Below are positions 41,395-52,479 of a stretch of DNA of 64,000 nt, in pieces. Numbering within the stretch: position 1 is the stretch's first letter; every line of letters starts with the position of its first letter. The notes below the pieces were generated by a model. It had not been told where the DNA came from. It was given only the letters and a program-made list of their open reading frames with translations, and did not search any database. Source of the stretch: Terriglobia bacterium. Lineage in GTDB: Bacteria; Acidobacteriota; Terriglobia; 20CM-2-55-15. The stretch lies in the NCBI GenBank assembly GCA_965218585.1, contig CBDCLE010000010.1, positions 32,001 to 96,000 of the forward strand, read 5' to 3'. Both the position numbers and the translations under genes were made by a program.

Positions 41395-42285
41395 TTACGC
41401 CCGCGGGTGATGGCTCTGGTAAATCTGCTTGAGTCGTTCGCGGATAACATGCGTGTAAATCTGCGTCGTCGAAATGTCGGCGTGCCCCAGCATCATCTGA
41501 ACGGAACGTAGATCTGCACCGCGTTCCAGCAAATGTGTTGCGAAGGAATGGCGTAACATGTGAGGCGAGATACGTTTCCCAATGCCGGCACGCCTGCCGT
41601 GTCCCTTCAGGATGAGCCAGAAACCGGCACGTGTCAGCCGCTGCCCCCGATAGTTCAGAAAGAGATAGGGGTTGGTCTTTTTCTGACGTCCCCGTTGGAT
41701 ATAGTCCCGAACCGCCTCAGCCGCAGACTCGCCCAACGGCACGATACGTTCCTTGCTGCCCTTTCCCATGGACCGCACAAATCCGTTCTCCAGGTCGATG
41801 GAATCCATCGTCAAGTTGACCAACTCAGATACCCGAAGTCCTGTGGCATAGATCACCTCGAGCATCGCACGGTCCCGGAGTCCCATCGGTTCGGATACAT
41901 CCGGCGCACCAAGGAGGCGATCTACTTCGTCGAACGTCAGAAAATGTGGAAGAGGTTTCCAGGCCTTGGGCACATCGACCCCGGCCGTCGGATTTTCCTG
42001 CATCGCTCCGTCGAGAATGAGAAAACGATAGAGCCCCCGGACCGCGCTCAGCGCCCGGGCAGCAGAACGCGCTCCCAAATCCTTCTCGTAGAGAAACGCC
42101 AGGAAAGCAGACACCTCCGTGGCATCGACGGTGAGAAGATCCTTCTTATCCAGATACTCGGTGTAGGCGGTGAGATCCCGACTGTAAGCCGCAATCGTGT
42201 TTGCCGACAGTCCTTTTTCGATACGGAGGTATTGAATGAACCGGTCGATCCACTGATCGTTCGTCACTGTTCTTTCGTCTGCCAC
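41395..42285 (-). CDS. xerD: Site-specific tyrosine recombinase XerD
   Basis: YATGLRVSEL, GKGSKERIVP, HMLRHSFATH and LGHADISTTQIYTHV. Confidence 0.93.
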   Translation of the reverse strand: MADERTVTNDQWIDRFIQYLRIEKGLSANTIAAYSRDLTAYTEYLDKKDLLTVDATEVSAFLAFLYEKDLGARSAARALSAVRGLYRFLILDGAMQENPTAGVDVPKAWKPLPHFLTFDEVDRLLGAPDVSEPMGLRDRAMLEVIYATGLRVSELVNLTMDSIDLENGFVRSMGKGSKERIVPLGESAAEAVRDYIQRGRQKKTNPYLFLNYRGQRLTRAGFWLILKGHGRRAGIGKRISPHMLRHSFATHLLERGADLRSVQMMLGHADISTTQIYTHVIRERLKQIYQSHHPRA

Positions 42286-42437
42286 TTCCGTCCTGCACTA
42301 AATATTAAAGGAGCCGCATTGGACAGATGCCCTCCGTTCGGCGATATTTAGAACGGCAACCAGGTTTTTTATCTACAGTCCGATAGCAGCGTTTGTAGGT
42401 GAAACACCACCGGCCACTCGGGACCGAGGAACTCATT

Positions 42438-42821
42438 ATGACCATACAACTCGACCACTTCATAGTGCCATCACGCGACGTCGATGCTGCGGCAAGGATA
42501 CTGGGAGAGCTTCTTGCGGCTCCGTGGGAAGGATCGCACGGAGGGTTGTTTTCTTATGTCTACGTTAACGACGGGTTGACGCTCAACTTCATCCAGGCCG
42601 GTGAACATCCTCCGATGCATCACTACTGCTTCCAGGTCAACGACGAAGAGTTTGATTCCATTCTCGATCGCCTCACCGAGGCCGGAATAGAGTATAGAAG
42701 CTCGCCGAAGGGGCCCACGGATATGCGAATCAACACTCGATACGGCGGACGCAATATCTACTGGGGAAATCCCGACAACCATGAATGGGAGATTCTGACC
42801 GTCAGTTATGCCCGACAATAG
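42438..42821 (+). CDS. VOC/glyoxalase family protein
   Basis: LDHFIV, HYCFQV and GGRNIYW...WEILT. Confidence 0.85.
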   Translation: MTIQLDHFIVPSRDVDAAARILGELLAAPWEGSHGGLFSYVYVNDGLTLNFIQAGEHPPMHHYCFQVNDEEFDSILDRLTEAGIEYRSSPKGPTDMRINTRYGGRNIYWGNPDNHEWEILTVSYARQ

Positions 42822-42831
42822 GCTCGTGCCT

Positions 42832-44394
42832 CTAACTTCGACGCTTCAGGAACGTATCGCGGAACTCTCCGACTTCCCGGCATCGGAGAAGAAAACAGCT
42901 CAGGAAGTAAACTCCGGCCGCGGCCCCGATCGTTGCCGACAGAGCGAAGACCTGCTGCGCGAACGCCTGGCCAAAATAGAAACCGGGCCGGTTGATCAAG
43001 ACATTCGCCGTCAATCCCAACGGAACGGATGCAACTAGAAAGCGCAAGAGCGAATCCACGATAGAACGCGCGTCGATACCCCCTTCCTTTCGGCTGAAGA
43101 TGACCAGCAACGCGATCGCGTTGAACACGCCCGCAAGAGACGTCGCCAGAGCCGGCCCTCCAACCTGGAGCGGCACGAAGAAGGCAAAGTTGAACACAAT
43201 GTTCAGGACCATGGCCACCGACGCAATTCGCACCGGCGTACGCGTGTCTTCCAGAGCATAGAAGGCAGGCACAATCACCTTGACCATTGAAAACGCCGAT
43301 AAACCCAGAGCGAAGAACAGAAGCGGCCAGGCCGTCAAAGTGGTCGAGGCCTGATCGAATTCCCCATGTTCAAAAAGAACTTCGATGATCGGCGTCCTGA
43401 GCACGATTAGTCCTACCGTCGAGGGAATCGTGATGAAGAGGATGATTCGAGAGGCAAAATTCAATGTGGAACGCATCTGCTCGATGCGCCCTGACGCCGC
43501 ATCGTGCGAGAGCATGGGCAGAACGACAGTGGCAATCGCAATGGCATACCCGCCCAGAACCAACTCCATCACCCGGTCGGACAGGTACAGAGCCATCTGC
43601 GGACCGTCGCCAGGAAGGAAAGAAGCGAACTGGCCACCGACGACAATATTGACTTGCACAACGCCGACTCCGACGACGACAGGTCCCATGAGCCGGACCG
43701 CACGACGGACGCCCTCGTTCGCGAAACCCAGACGCGGACGGAACCTCCAGCCGCTCTTCACGAGATGGGGAATCTGGATCGCGATCTGGGCAGCACCACC
43801 AACGACAACGCCGATCGCAAGTGCGCGTTCCGGACTCTCGAACAGATCAGTGACAAATGAAAAGGCAATAATGCTGATGTTTAACAGCACCGGTGCAAAC
43901 GCAGGTGCCGCGAACTTGTGAAAGCTGTTCAGAATCCCCATTGCAAGCGCTGAGAGGCTGACGAGAAAGATGTAGGGAAACATGATCCGCGTCAGGAGCG
44001 CCGTCATCTCGATCTTCCCGGGTGTATCGGCAAATCCATATGCGATCGCCCGAACCAACAGGGGTGCTGCGGCAATTCCAATGACGGTCACACCAGCCAT
44101 CAGGAGGGTGATGATCGTCAGCATCGAATTCGCAAACTCCCAGGCATCCTTGCGATGTTCTTCGCTGAGGTATTTTGAAAAGATCGGAATGAACGCCGCG
44201 CTCACGGCGCCTTCACCCACAAGCCGCCTCAGGAGATTGGGAATTCGATAGGCAATCGTGTAGGCATCGGCTTCGATACCTGCGCCGAGGAGAAACGCCA
44301 CTCTCTGGTCTCTGAAATAGCCGAAAACACGGCTGACGAGTGTAATGACGGTGATCAGTGAAGCCGAGCGGAGCAGCTTGCCTTGTTCGCTCAT
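42832..44394 (-). CDS. murJ: Lipid II flippase MurJ
   Basis: SRVFGYFRD and RIPNLLRRLVGEGAVSAAFIP. Confidence 0.95.
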   Translation of the reverse strand: MSEQGKLLRSASLITVITLVSRVFGYFRDQRVAFLLGAGIEADAYTIAYRIPNLLRRLVGEGAVSAAFIPIFSKYLSEEHRKDAWEFANSMLTIITLLMAGVTVIGIAAAPLLVRAIAYGFADTPGKIEMTALLTRIMFPYIFLVSLSALAMGILNSFHKFAAPAFAPVLLNISIIAFSFVTDLFESPERALAIGVVVGGAAQIAIQIPHLVKSGWRFRPRLGFANEGVRRAVRLMGPVVVGVGVVQVNIVVGGQFASFLPGDGPQMALYLSDRVMELVLGGYAIAIATVVLPMLSHDAASGRIEQMRSTLNFASRIILFITIPSTVGLIVLRTPIIEVLFEHGEFDQASTTLTAWPLLFFALGLSAFSMVKVIVPAFYALEDTRTPVRIASVAMVLNIVFNFAFFVPLQVGGPALATSLAGVFNAIALLVIFSRKEGGIDARSIVDSLLRFLVASVPLGLTANVLINRPGFYFGQAFAQQVFALSATIGAAAGVYFLSCFLLRCREVGEFRDTFLKRRS

Positions 44395-44484
44395 CTGGGC
44401 TGTTATACTAACAGTCTACGTACTATAAAAGGAACGGACACAGCATCTTATGCGGCATACAGGAAGACGGGAGGTCCCCTCGGA

Positions 44485-45492
44485 GTGAAACTCGAAGTCA
44501 TCGCTGAAAAACTCGGATGCGCGCTCGACGGCGATCCCGAAACAGAAATCACGGGTGTGTCGGGAATCGAAGAGGCCGGGCCGGACCAGTTGACCTTCGT
44601 TTCGAACCGCAAGTACGCAGCCAATGCCCGAACCGCTCAAGCTGGTGCGATTCTTGTCACCGAAGACTTCCCCAAACTTCAAACGCCCACTCTCCGAACG
44701 CCCAATCCCTACCTGGCGTTCGCGCGATCAATCGAACTGTTCTACACGCCTCCGCAACGGAAGGCGAGCATCGATCGAACGGCACGTATTGCTGCATCGG
44801 CCAACATCGGCCCCAACGCATCGGTTGGCCCGTATGCAGTCATAGAAGACGACGTTGAGATCGGCAGCGATGCCACGATTGGCCCGTTCACACACATTGC
44901 CAAGGGAACCCGGATCGGGGAGAGCTTTCGAACCTACTCCCACGTCTCTGTCCGTGAATATTCCCTCATCGGCAACAACGTCATCCTCCAGGACGGAGCG
45001 CGGATCGGGTCAGACGGATACGGCTACGCAAAACAAGATGACGGCAGTTATTACAAGATCGTCCAGTCCGGCATCGTCGTCCTTGAAGACGATGTCGAAG
45101 TTGGCGCGAACGCGACCATCGACCGTGCTACGGTCGGAGAGACACGCATACGGCGGGGAGCTAAGATCGACAACCTGGTTCAGGTCGGCCACGCTTCCGT
45201 CGTCGGGAAAAACACGTTGCTCTGTGCTCAGGTCGGACTGGGAGGCAGTTCCAAAATTGGTAAGGACGTCGTTCTCACCGGGCAAGTCGGCGTCGCCGGA
45301 CATCTGGAAATCGGTGACGGCGTCATCGCCACTGCACAGACCGGCATCCCCAACTCCGTGGAAGCCGGAACGATGGTCTCGGGATATCCGGCGATCGAAA
45401 ACCGCCTCTGGCTGAAATGTTCCGCCGTCTTCAAACGACTCCCCGAACTCCTCAAGCGAATCGAAGCTCTCGAAAAATCAAAACCCCGCTAG
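44485..45492 (+). CDS. lpxD: UDP-3-O-acylglucosamine N-acyltransferase
   Basis: IGSDGYGY, IDRAT, KIDNLVQVGH and hexapeptide repeats; GTG start inferred. Confidence 0.95.
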   Translation: MKLEVIAEKLGCALDGDPETEITGVSGIEEAGPDQLTFVSNRKYAANARTAQAGAILVTEDFPKLQTPTLRTPNPYLAFARSIELFYTPPQRKASIDRTARIAASANIGPNASVGPYAVIEDDVEIGSDATIGPFTHIAKGTRIGESFRTYSHVSVREYSLIGNNVILQDGARIGSDGYGYAKQDDGSYYKIVQSGIVVLEDDVEVGANATIDRATVGETRIRRGAKIDNLVQVGHASVVGKNTLLCAQVGLGGSSKIGKDVVLTGQVGVAGHLEIGDGVIATAQTGIPNSVEAGTMVSGYPAIENRLWLKCSAVFKRLPELLKRIEALEKSKPR

Positions 45493-45506
45493 AGAAACAT
45501 TTTTTC

Positions 45507-45652
45507 AACGCAGAGGCGCAGAGACACAAAGGGGAATAAGTTAGGTTGCCTACATCCTGCCATATCAAAGTCCTGGGGTTTATCAACAACTCCACCGGAA
45601 CATTAAGAGTTACAAGAGCCAAATCCTCTGCGTTCTCTGCGTCTCTGCGGTT
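45507..45652. repeat. Inverted CGCAGAG-repeat arms flanking an AT-richer spacer
   Basis: AACGCAGAGGCGCAGAGACACAAAGG (45507-45532) pairs imperfectly with CCTCTGCGTTCTCTGCGTCTCTGCGGTT (45625-45652). Confidence 0.7.
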
Positions 45653-45775
45653 GGTCTCCTCAGCCACGGAAACCCTATGTCTCGGCAACGCAAATTTCTC
45701 ACAACCTGCTGACTGATTGAGATCTCCGCAGTCTAATCCTAGTGACGGCGCACCGGACTCCATAGGGGGACTCTG

Positions 45776-46567
45776 ATGAAGTTCATCGTAACGACGTTAT
45801 TGGCTCTCGTTCTGACTGTTCCAACCCTGGCCCAGCGGCCTCTTGAAGGCAATCCGAGCTCCCGCTCTGCGGGGAGAACGTCTGAGGGCGCCTTCGATAT
45901 TTACGCACGTATAGACGGCGAGGTGTTCCTTTACATCAAAGGGACCGACCTCACTCATCTCATCGTGAGCGGCGGGCCACCGAGGGTCGACCGCACCACT
46001 TATTCTCAGTCGATTCCCGAGGCGGCGTTCGGGATTTTCGAACTCGATAAGATCGATGGCCGCGGGAGGGTCCAGCTGTTTGAAGCGCCTCTCCCCAGCA
46101 ACGACTACACAGCGATCATTCGGATTCATGACGAGGATTCAGGCCCTGACTCCTACCACCTTCGACTCAACTGGACCTGGAACCCGGATGATCCGACTCG
46201 ACCGCCGCGTGGGGGCGACACCGGAAATTTCTCCCGGATCGATTCGCCGCGGTTCTACGAGCCTCGCGAGGGACACTTCGACTTCAGCGGGCGGGTAGAC
46301 CAGATCACGGCCGTTACCATAAGGGGCCAGCGGGCGCGAAGCGAGGATTTCGCCGGCCGTCAACTTCGTAACGGACACTTTGATCTGTCCAGCCCCCTTC
46401 CCTCCTCTCCAATGGACATTGAATTGGTCAACGTTCGTGGCCGGGGCAGAGTGGAGTTGATGGAAAAACCATGGGAAGGCAACGGATACACGGCTGTGGT
46501 CCTGATCGAAGACGAGCGGGGAGGAGCAGCTGACTACAGTTTTAATCTGGTATGGCGTCGGCGATAG
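45776..46567 (+). CDS. Secreted hypothetical protein with two homologous domains
   Basis: Signal peptide; GRGRVxL...P...N.YTA...I.D...G...Y.....W occurs twice. Confidence 0.8.
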   Translation: MKFIVTTLLALVLTVPTLAQRPLEGNPSSRSAGRTSEGAFDIYARIDGEVFLYIKGTDLTHLIVSGGPPRVDRTTYSQSIPEAAFGIFELDKIDGRGRVQLFEAPLPSNDYTAIIRIHDEDSGPDSYHLRLNWTWNPDDPTRPPRGGDTGNFSRIDSPRFYEPREGHFDFSGRVDQITAVTIRGQRARSEDFAGRQLRNGHFDLSSPLPSSPMDIELVNVRGRGRVELMEKPWEGNGYTAVVLIEDERGGAADYSFNLVWRRR

Positions 46568-46579
46568 GCGTTAGTCTAA

Positions 46580-48640
46580 TCATGTCGAGACGACTACTTC
46601 TGAGATATCTGCCACCTCAAGAAAGGTATCGAACAGGCTTCTTAAAAGGTTTATCCGGCGTTGCCGGATTGCGGCGTCCTCGTGCATGACCAGAATCTTG
46701 TCGAAGAAATCATCCACAGTTGATCGCAGAGAAGCCATGGCTTCAAGGGCTGAGGCGTAGTCCCCAGCCTCGGCCCATTGCTTCACCTTGGGTCGGATCT
46801 CGTCTATCCGGCTGGCAAGAACCGACTCCTCAGGTTCTATTCCCTCATCGGTCGCGGGTTTCGATGCTTTCGCTGCGGCGTCCGACTGTTTCAGTATGTT
46901 CTTGATTCGCTTGAACGCTGCGGCGAGCGCGAGAAAGTCGAGGCTCTCCCGAATTGAGTGCACAGCCTGGACTCGATCCAGGACGCTGGCTGGATTGTCG
47001 GAATCCGTTGCGAGGACCGCATTGACCTCGTCATAGGCGAATCCGCAGCGGCCCAGAATATGGCGCATGCGATCTTCATAAAAGGAACGGAGCGCATCCC
47101 TCGCCTCGGCCTCCAGCCGCGAGTCGGCTTCCATCGCTGCCCCAAGCGAGAAAGCGATATCGTGATCCAACAGTATCTTGATAACTCCCTGCGTATGGCG
47201 CCGCAAACTCAAAGGATCTTCCGAACCGGTGGGGATCAAGCCGACTGAAAAACACCCAAAGAGGGTGTCGAGTTTGTCCGTCAACGCGAGGATGATCCCA
47301 GCCCGGGAACGGGGAGAATCTTCCTCAAGGCTCCGGGGACGGTAATGATCATAGATTGCTTCGGCTACCTCTTCGGGGGCACCTTCCCGTCTGGCGTAGA
47401 GTCCCCCGACAACCCCCTGGAGGTCCGGAAACTCTCCGACCAGATCCGTCATCAGGTCGGTTTTCGACCAACGGACGACCTTGTCCAGAACTTCGTCGTC
47501 GATTCCGCTTCCCGTGATCTGATTGAGGGCACGGGCCAGAGAGATCATCCGGTCAATCTTGTCCTTGTAGGTCCCCAGGGCCTTATGGAAGACGATGGTG
47601 TCGAGTGAGGGGACGCGTTGCTCGAGAGTTTGTTTTCCGTCCACTTCCCAGAAAAAGAGCGCATCACTCAGTCGCGCTCGCAGAACGCGTTCGTGTCCCT
47701 TCCGAATCAGCCCCTTCGTGTCACCGCGCGTGTTGATGACCGCCAGGAAATTCGGACGGAGAACACCCGCCTCATTTTCGACGGCAAAATACTTCTGGTG
47801 TTCTCTCATTACGGTGATCAGGACTTCGGCAGGCAGACCGAGAAAGCGTTCTTCGAATTCGCCGGCAATCACGGTGGGGTACTCATTGATGTAGATGACT
47901 TCTTCCAGCAACTTGTTGTCGGGGATGAGCCGTCCGCCGAGCATATCGGCAGCCGCACGCAGCTCGGATTCCACTTTCTCCCGCCGCACGGTCTGGGAAA
48001 CAAGAACACCGTTCTCTTCGAGCCGTTCCAGATAGTCCTTGAAGCTGCGGACCCGAACCGACTGGCTCCCGAGAACGCGATGGCCGGCTGATGAGGTGCC
48101 CGATCGGACGCCATACAGCTCCAGTGGAAGCGCGTTTTGGCCATGGAGCGCGATAACCCAGCGGACGGGGCGGGCAAACCTCTCGGCGCGGTCCGCCCAG
48201 AACATCGTCTTATGGAATGTCAGAGATCGCACAAGTTCGGGGATCGCTTCAGACAACACGTCCGGAGCGGCTTTTCCCCCGACCTCCGACTCAAAACCCA
48301 TGTACTTGCCCCGCTCAGTCTCAAACACTTTCAACCGATCGAGGGCGACGCCGGATTTCTTCGCAAACCCCTCGAGAGCCTTCGAAGCCTTCCCGTCCTT
48401 GAATGCGATCTTTTCCGGTGGACCCAGCGTCGTGACCATCTCGGTCTTCTGCGAACCGGCCAGGTCGTTTACGTGGACGACCAGTCGACGGGCAGACCCG
48501 AAGGTTTCAATACTGTCGAAATCGAGCTTGGAATTCGCCAGCAGTTCCTCGAATTTCTGTTTCAGTTCGCCGAGTACCGGGCCCATCGAGCGCGCAGGGA
48601 TTTCTTCGCACCCGACCTCCAGAAGGAATTCACTACCCAT
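46580..48640 (-). CDS. glyS: Glycine-tRNA ligase beta subunit
   Basis: [27 protein letters not shown] and PTGSEDP. Confidence 0.95.
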   Translation of the reverse strand: MGSEFLLEVGCEEIPARSMGPVLGELKQKFEELLANSKLDFDSIETFGSARRLVVHVNDLAGSQKTEMVTTLGPPEKIAFKDGKASKALEGFAKKSGVALDRLKVFETERGKYMGFESEVGGKAAPDVLSEAIPELVRSLTFHKTMFWADRAERFARPVRWVIALHGQNALPLELYGVRSGTSSAGHRVLGSQSVRVRSFKDYLERLEENGVLVSQTVRREKVESELRAAADMLGGRLIPDNKLLEEVIYINEYPTVIAGEFEERFLGLPAEVLITVMREHQKYFAVENEAGVLRPNFLAVINTRGDTKGLIRKGHERVLRARLSDALFFWEVDGKQTLEQRVPSLDTIVFHKALGTYKDKIDRMISLARALNQITGSGIDDEVLDKVVRWSKTDLMTDLVGEFPDLQGVVGGLYARREGAPEEVAEAIYDHYRPRSLEEDSPRSRAGIILALTDKLDTLFGCFSVGLIPTGSEDPLSLRRHTQGVIKILLDHDIAFSLGAAMEADSRLEAEARDALRSFYEDRMRHILGRCGFAYDEVNAVLATDSDNPASVLDRVQAVHSIRESLDFLALAAAFKRIKNILKQSDAAAKASKPATDEGIEPEESVLASRIDEIRPKVKQWAEAGDYASALEAMASLRSTVDDFFDKILVMHEDAAIRQRRINLLRSLFDTFLEVADISEVVVST

Positions 48641-49529
48641 CGAAAAACTCTCCGGACTGCGTGTCTTTAAGTAATGGAAAACCTGCCTCTTCGCGGCTCT
48701 CCAGGTACGCCCGCGCCACGCCGCCAATGAGTTTGCGGACACGTCCCAGCATATGAACTCTTTCGGTCGGGCTAATTGCGCCTCGCGCGTCAAGGATGTT
48801 GAAAATGTGAGAACACTTCAGGCAGTTCTCATAGGCCGGAAGAACCAGTCCTTCCTTCATCAAACGTTCAACTTCCTTCTCGAACTCATCAAAAATCCTG
48901 GAGTAACGATCGATGTCGGCGATTTCGAAATAGTACTTCGAGAACTCGACTTCGTCACGATGGCGAACTTCCCCATAACTGATTTCGTCATTCCAGGGGA
49001 CGTCAAAGACGTTATCGACATCGTTCAAATACATCGCAATGCGTTCCAGACCGTAAGTGATCTCTCCGGAAATGGGCATCAGGTCCAAGCCTCCCACCTG
49101 CTGGAAGTATGTGAACTGCGTGATCTCCTGACCGTCGAGCATGACTTGCCACCCTACCCCGGTGGCCCCGCCCATAGGCCATTCCCAGTTGTCTTCTTCG
49201 AACTTTATGTCGTGTTCGTCCAGTCTTACGCCCATAGCCGTCAGAGACTCCAGATAGATCATCTGTATGTCGTCGGGAGGCGGTTTCAGGATGACCTGGA
49301 GCTGATGGTGTTTCTCCAGACGGTTGGGATTCTCTCCATAACGACCGTCGACGGGACGCCTGGAAGGTTCAACGTAGGCCACACGGTAGGGCTCGGGCCC
49401 GAGCGCCCTTAGAAAGGTTTCCGGATGCATCGTCCCGGCACCCACTTCCACGTCGTACGGCTGTTGCAGAATGCACCCCTGTTTCCCCCAGAAGTCCATC
49501 AAAGACTGAATAAGGTCCTGAAAATTCAT
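48633..49529 (-). CDS. glyQ: Glycine-tRNA ligase alpha subunit
   Basis: [18 protein letters not shown] and [10 protein letters not shown]. Confidence 0.97.
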   Translation of the reverse strand: MNFQDLIQSLMDFWGKQGCILQQPYDVEVGAGTMHPETFLRALGPEPYRVAYVEPSRRPVDGRYGENPNRLEKHHQLQVILKPPPDDIQMIYLESLTAMGVRLDEHDIKFEEDNWEWPMGGATGVGWQVMLDGQEITQFTYFQQVGGLDLMPISGEITYGLERIAMYLNDVDNVFDVPWNDEISYGEVRHRDEVEFSKYYFEIADIDRYSRIFDEFEKEVERLMKEGLVLPAYENCLKCSHIFNILDARGAISPTERVHMLGRVRKLIGGVARAYLESREEAGFPLLKDTQSGEFFDG

Positions 49530-50233
49530 CTTTCGAAATAGCGCTCGATCCAGATCTTATTGAGTTGCTGAACATGTTGAAGTCCCTCCACTCGGGGCGG
49601 CTTCTCTTCAGCACTCAAAGACCGTGTCATGATCCAATAAAAGGCTTCGACTGTCTCGGGCGGCACCTCGGTTCCCTGACCGTGGCCACAGTCGTTGCAG
49701 GCCAATCGGTTCAGGCCGGGCAAAAACACCCTGGCGTCTTCCATCGCCAATTCTTTCCCACACTTCGAACACCTGAAAACATCTGGAAAAACTCCTGCCA
49801 GCTTCAACATCCAGACTTCGAAATAGGACCTGGCCAGATCCAAAGGACACCCCGTCACAAGGCTCTCTCGTGCCAGGCCGAAAAGTCTGAAGACCGCATC
49901 CTGAACTTCGTGGTCTGGAAGAAAACGATCAACGAGGTCCGCCACGTGCGACGCGAGCAAGGCGCGGTCGTAGTCCTCAAACAGTTTCATCGGAGAGTCG
50001 ATCAATTCGGACGACCGTATCCGGACCAACTCCACGGTCTCCTTCTGAAAGAACGTCACCTTCGAGCGGGCCAGAGGTTCTAGGGAGGCACCGAAGCGGC
50101 TCTTGAGCCGTCGAACGCCGTTCGCCACGCCTCGGATTTTTCCGTAGTCGCGACTGAAAAACACGACAATGCGGTCTGCCTCTGCGAGGGGATACGTCTT
50201 TAGTATGATGGAATCGCTCTCAAACAGGGGCAT
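49526..50233 (-). CDS. recO: DNA repair protein RecO
   Basis: EADRIV, GKIRGVA and CxxC...CxxC zinc motif; upstream of glyQ. Confidence 0.92.
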   Translation of the reverse strand: MPLFESDSIILKTYPLAEADRIVVFFSRDYGKIRGVANGVRRLKSRFGASLEPLARSKVTFFQKETVELVRIRSSELIDSPMKLFEDYDRALLASHVADLVDRFLPDHEVQDAVFRLFGLARESLVTGCPLDLARSYFEVWMLKLAGVFPDVFRCSKCGKELAMEDARVFLPGLNRLACNDCGHGQGTEVPPETVEAFYWIMTRSLSAEEKPPRVEGLQHVQQLNKIWIERYFER

Positions 50234-50277
50234 AGCCGCTCATAGCCATCGGCTACCGATGAATCTCTGATTTAAAC

Positions 50278-51234
50278 ATGTCCAACCAACCCAGCGCCAC
50301 CACGATTCCCCGTTTTGATGTTGTCGGTCTCGGGTTGAATGCGATGGACTACATCACAGTATTACCGAGATTTCCCCAGCCTCACACCAAGGTTCCGATC
50401 CAGGAAGTCCGCCTGGAACCCGGCGGACAGGTGGCCACGGCACTGGCGACGTGCTGCCGGTTGGGCCTGGGCGGCTGCTACATAGGCTCTGTAGGCTCGG
50501 ACCACCTGGGCACGATCCAAATGGAAAGCCTCCGCCGGGAAGGAATCGACACTTCACTGGTGCGTGTCGTCGAGGGAGCTACCAGTCAGTTGGCGTTTGC
50601 ACTTGTCGAAGATGGGATCGGCGAACGAACCATCCTGTGGCACCGTGATCCGAAGCTCGTTTTTCCTCCGTCCGATCTTACCCGCGCTGCGGTCACCGCA
50701 GGACGCATCCTCCACCTGGACGGTCACGACAGCGGGGCGGCACTTCAGGCTGCCAAATGGGCCCGGGAGGCTAGCATTCCAGTGGTCATCGACATCGATC
50801 AGATCTACGATTCGACGACCGTGGAACTGCTCGCCCTCGTGGACTACCTGATTGCGGCAGAGGATTTCGCCCGAAACCTGACGGGCCGTGATGACGATGA
50901 AGGCGCATTGAGAGAACTGGCTGCGCGTTTTCCTCAGGCGCGAACAGGAATTACTCTTGGAGCGCGGGGCGCCATCTTCCTCGATGACGACGGGACTGTC
51001 CTGCGTTCTCCGGCCTTCGACGTTGCAGTCCGAGACACGACCGGTGCCGGTGACGTCTTTCACGGTGCGTTTATATTTGGAGTTCTCAAGGGTTGGGACC
51101 TCGACCGGATCGTCCGTTTTGCTCACGCGGCGGCTGCGATTAAGTGCACCGAGCTGGGGGCCCGGACCGGAATACCGAGTCTGGGGGGGATCGAAGATTT
51201 CCTGAAGACAGCTCGGGAACGAGTGCTCGACTGA
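50278..51234 (+). CDS. PfkB family carbohydrate kinase
   Basis: GGQVATA and DTTGAGDVF. Confidence 0.92.
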   Translation: MSNQPSATTIPRFDVVGLGLNAMDYITVLPRFPQPHTKVPIQEVRLEPGGQVATALATCCRLGLGGCYIGSVGSDHLGTIQMESLRREGIDTSLVRVVEGATSQLAFALVEDGIGERTILWHRDPKLVFPPSDLTRAAVTAGRILHLDGHDSGAALQAAKWAREASIPVVIDIDQIYDSTTVELLALVDYLIAAEDFARNLTGRDDDEGALRELAARFPQARTGITLGARGAIFLDDDGTVLRSPAFDVAVRDTTGAGDVFHGAFIFGVLKGWDLDRIVRFAHAAAAIKCTELGARTGIPSLGGIEDFLKTARERVLD

Positions 51235-51252
51235 GGGCTGTGGGCCGAGGCT

Positions 51253-52479
51253 CTATTCGCCTCGGAAGGGTTCTCGTTTGAATTGGCGCGCTTCGTCCAT
51301 CAAATTGTCGGCACAATCCAGGGACAGGACCATATCGTATTCTGCAATCGCCCGCCCGCGCTCCTGCATCGCGTCGTAGACCTTACCGATCCAGAGGTGC
51401 GCACGACCCTTTACATCCACGTTCTCGCTGTCCACGAGCGAGCTAAAGGCTTCCAGGGCCTCGTCCAGATCCGAGCGACGAACGTTGACCTCTCCGATCT
51501 TGAAAACGATGGGTTCGGGGTCCAGACGATCGTAATCATCTTCGCCTGTGACGACCTTGGTCAGGACGGTCTCATAGGTCTCGATCGCCTCTTCCCATGA
51601 CTCCAGGCGCTCGTATACCGAAGCCTTGTTGGTCTCCAGAAGGGCGTTTCGAGGATACCGGGCATGCAGATCCTGGAGAATAGCCAGAGACTTCTCGAAT
51701 TCCCGCTCGCGATTGTAGACGGTGACCAGAACGATCTTTGCGTTGGTCTGCGCGCGATCACCAAGTCGGGCTGCATACTCCAGCTCCTGAATGCCACCTT
51801 CCTTGTCGCCACCCCGGACTCCGAAAACACCCAGGACGAAACGGAGAAATCCCGGGATCACGCCAACGATGTAGTCGTAGGTTCCGATCGTCAGCCGAGC
51901 ATCGTTGTAAGAGGGATCCAGCTGCAGGACCCTCAGGTGGGCTTCGCGCGCTTTCTTGGCGGCGCTGTTGGCTGCAAGGTAGCCACGCTTGACGGTGGCC
52001 TCAAAAGCGGCGAGCATCCCATAGGCCACGCCCTGTGCGTAGAGTGCGTCTATGTCGTCCTCATCCTCTTCGAGCCTGGTCTCGGCGATTTCGATAGCGC
52101 GATCCAGAATTTCACGGAGCCGCGCTTCGGTCTCGGAATCCACTCGGTCGTTGGAGCCATCGCCGCCTAAACGGTTCCCCATATACCTGTCGAGTCCGAG
52201 TTTTTCCTGTTCGTATAAGAGCTTGAGCCAGATCGAGGAGGCCAGCAGGTTCCAGAGTCGCGGATTTTCCGGATTCTCATCCACCAGGACCTGCAACTTT
52301 GCCTCGGCTACTTCAAAATCGAGGCTGTACAATGCTTCAATGACCTCCGGAGGAACCAAATCCGGCTGGGACGCGACTTCCTGGCCTTGGGCCGGTCCGG
52401 CGTAAACCAATCCAAAGGACAAGACGAGAAACAGCGCCAGGGCCCGGCGGACTGCAATGATCCCTTTTCGAGACAACAT
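51253..52479 (-). CDS. Secreted TPR protein
   Basis: Signal peptide and TPR-like helical repeats; start uncertain. Confidence 0.8.
   Translation of the reverse strand: MLSRKGIIAVRRALALFLVLSFGLVYAGPAQGQEVASQPDLVPPEVIEALYSLDFEVAEAKLQVLVDENPENPRLWNLLASSIWLKLLYEQEKLGLDRYMGNRLGGDGSNDRVDSETEARLREILDRAIEIAETRLEEDEDDIDALYAQGVAYGMLAAFEATVKRGYLAANSAAKKAREAHLRVLQLDPSYNDARLTIGTYDYIVGVIPGFLRFVLGVFGVRGGDKEGGIQELEYAARLGDRAQTNAKIVLVTVYNREREFEKSLAILQDLHARYPRNALLETNKASVYERLESWEEAIETYETVLTKVVTGEDDYDRLDPEPIVFKIGEVNVRRSDLDEALEAFSSLVDSENVDVKGRAHLWIGKVYDAMQERGRAIAEYDMVLSLDCADNLMDEARQFKREPFRGE

Noticed and set aside
41395-42285. Tyrosine recombinase as prophage or integron integrase
   Set aside because: Typical XerD size and motifs in a housekeeping context; no phage genes or attC array seen
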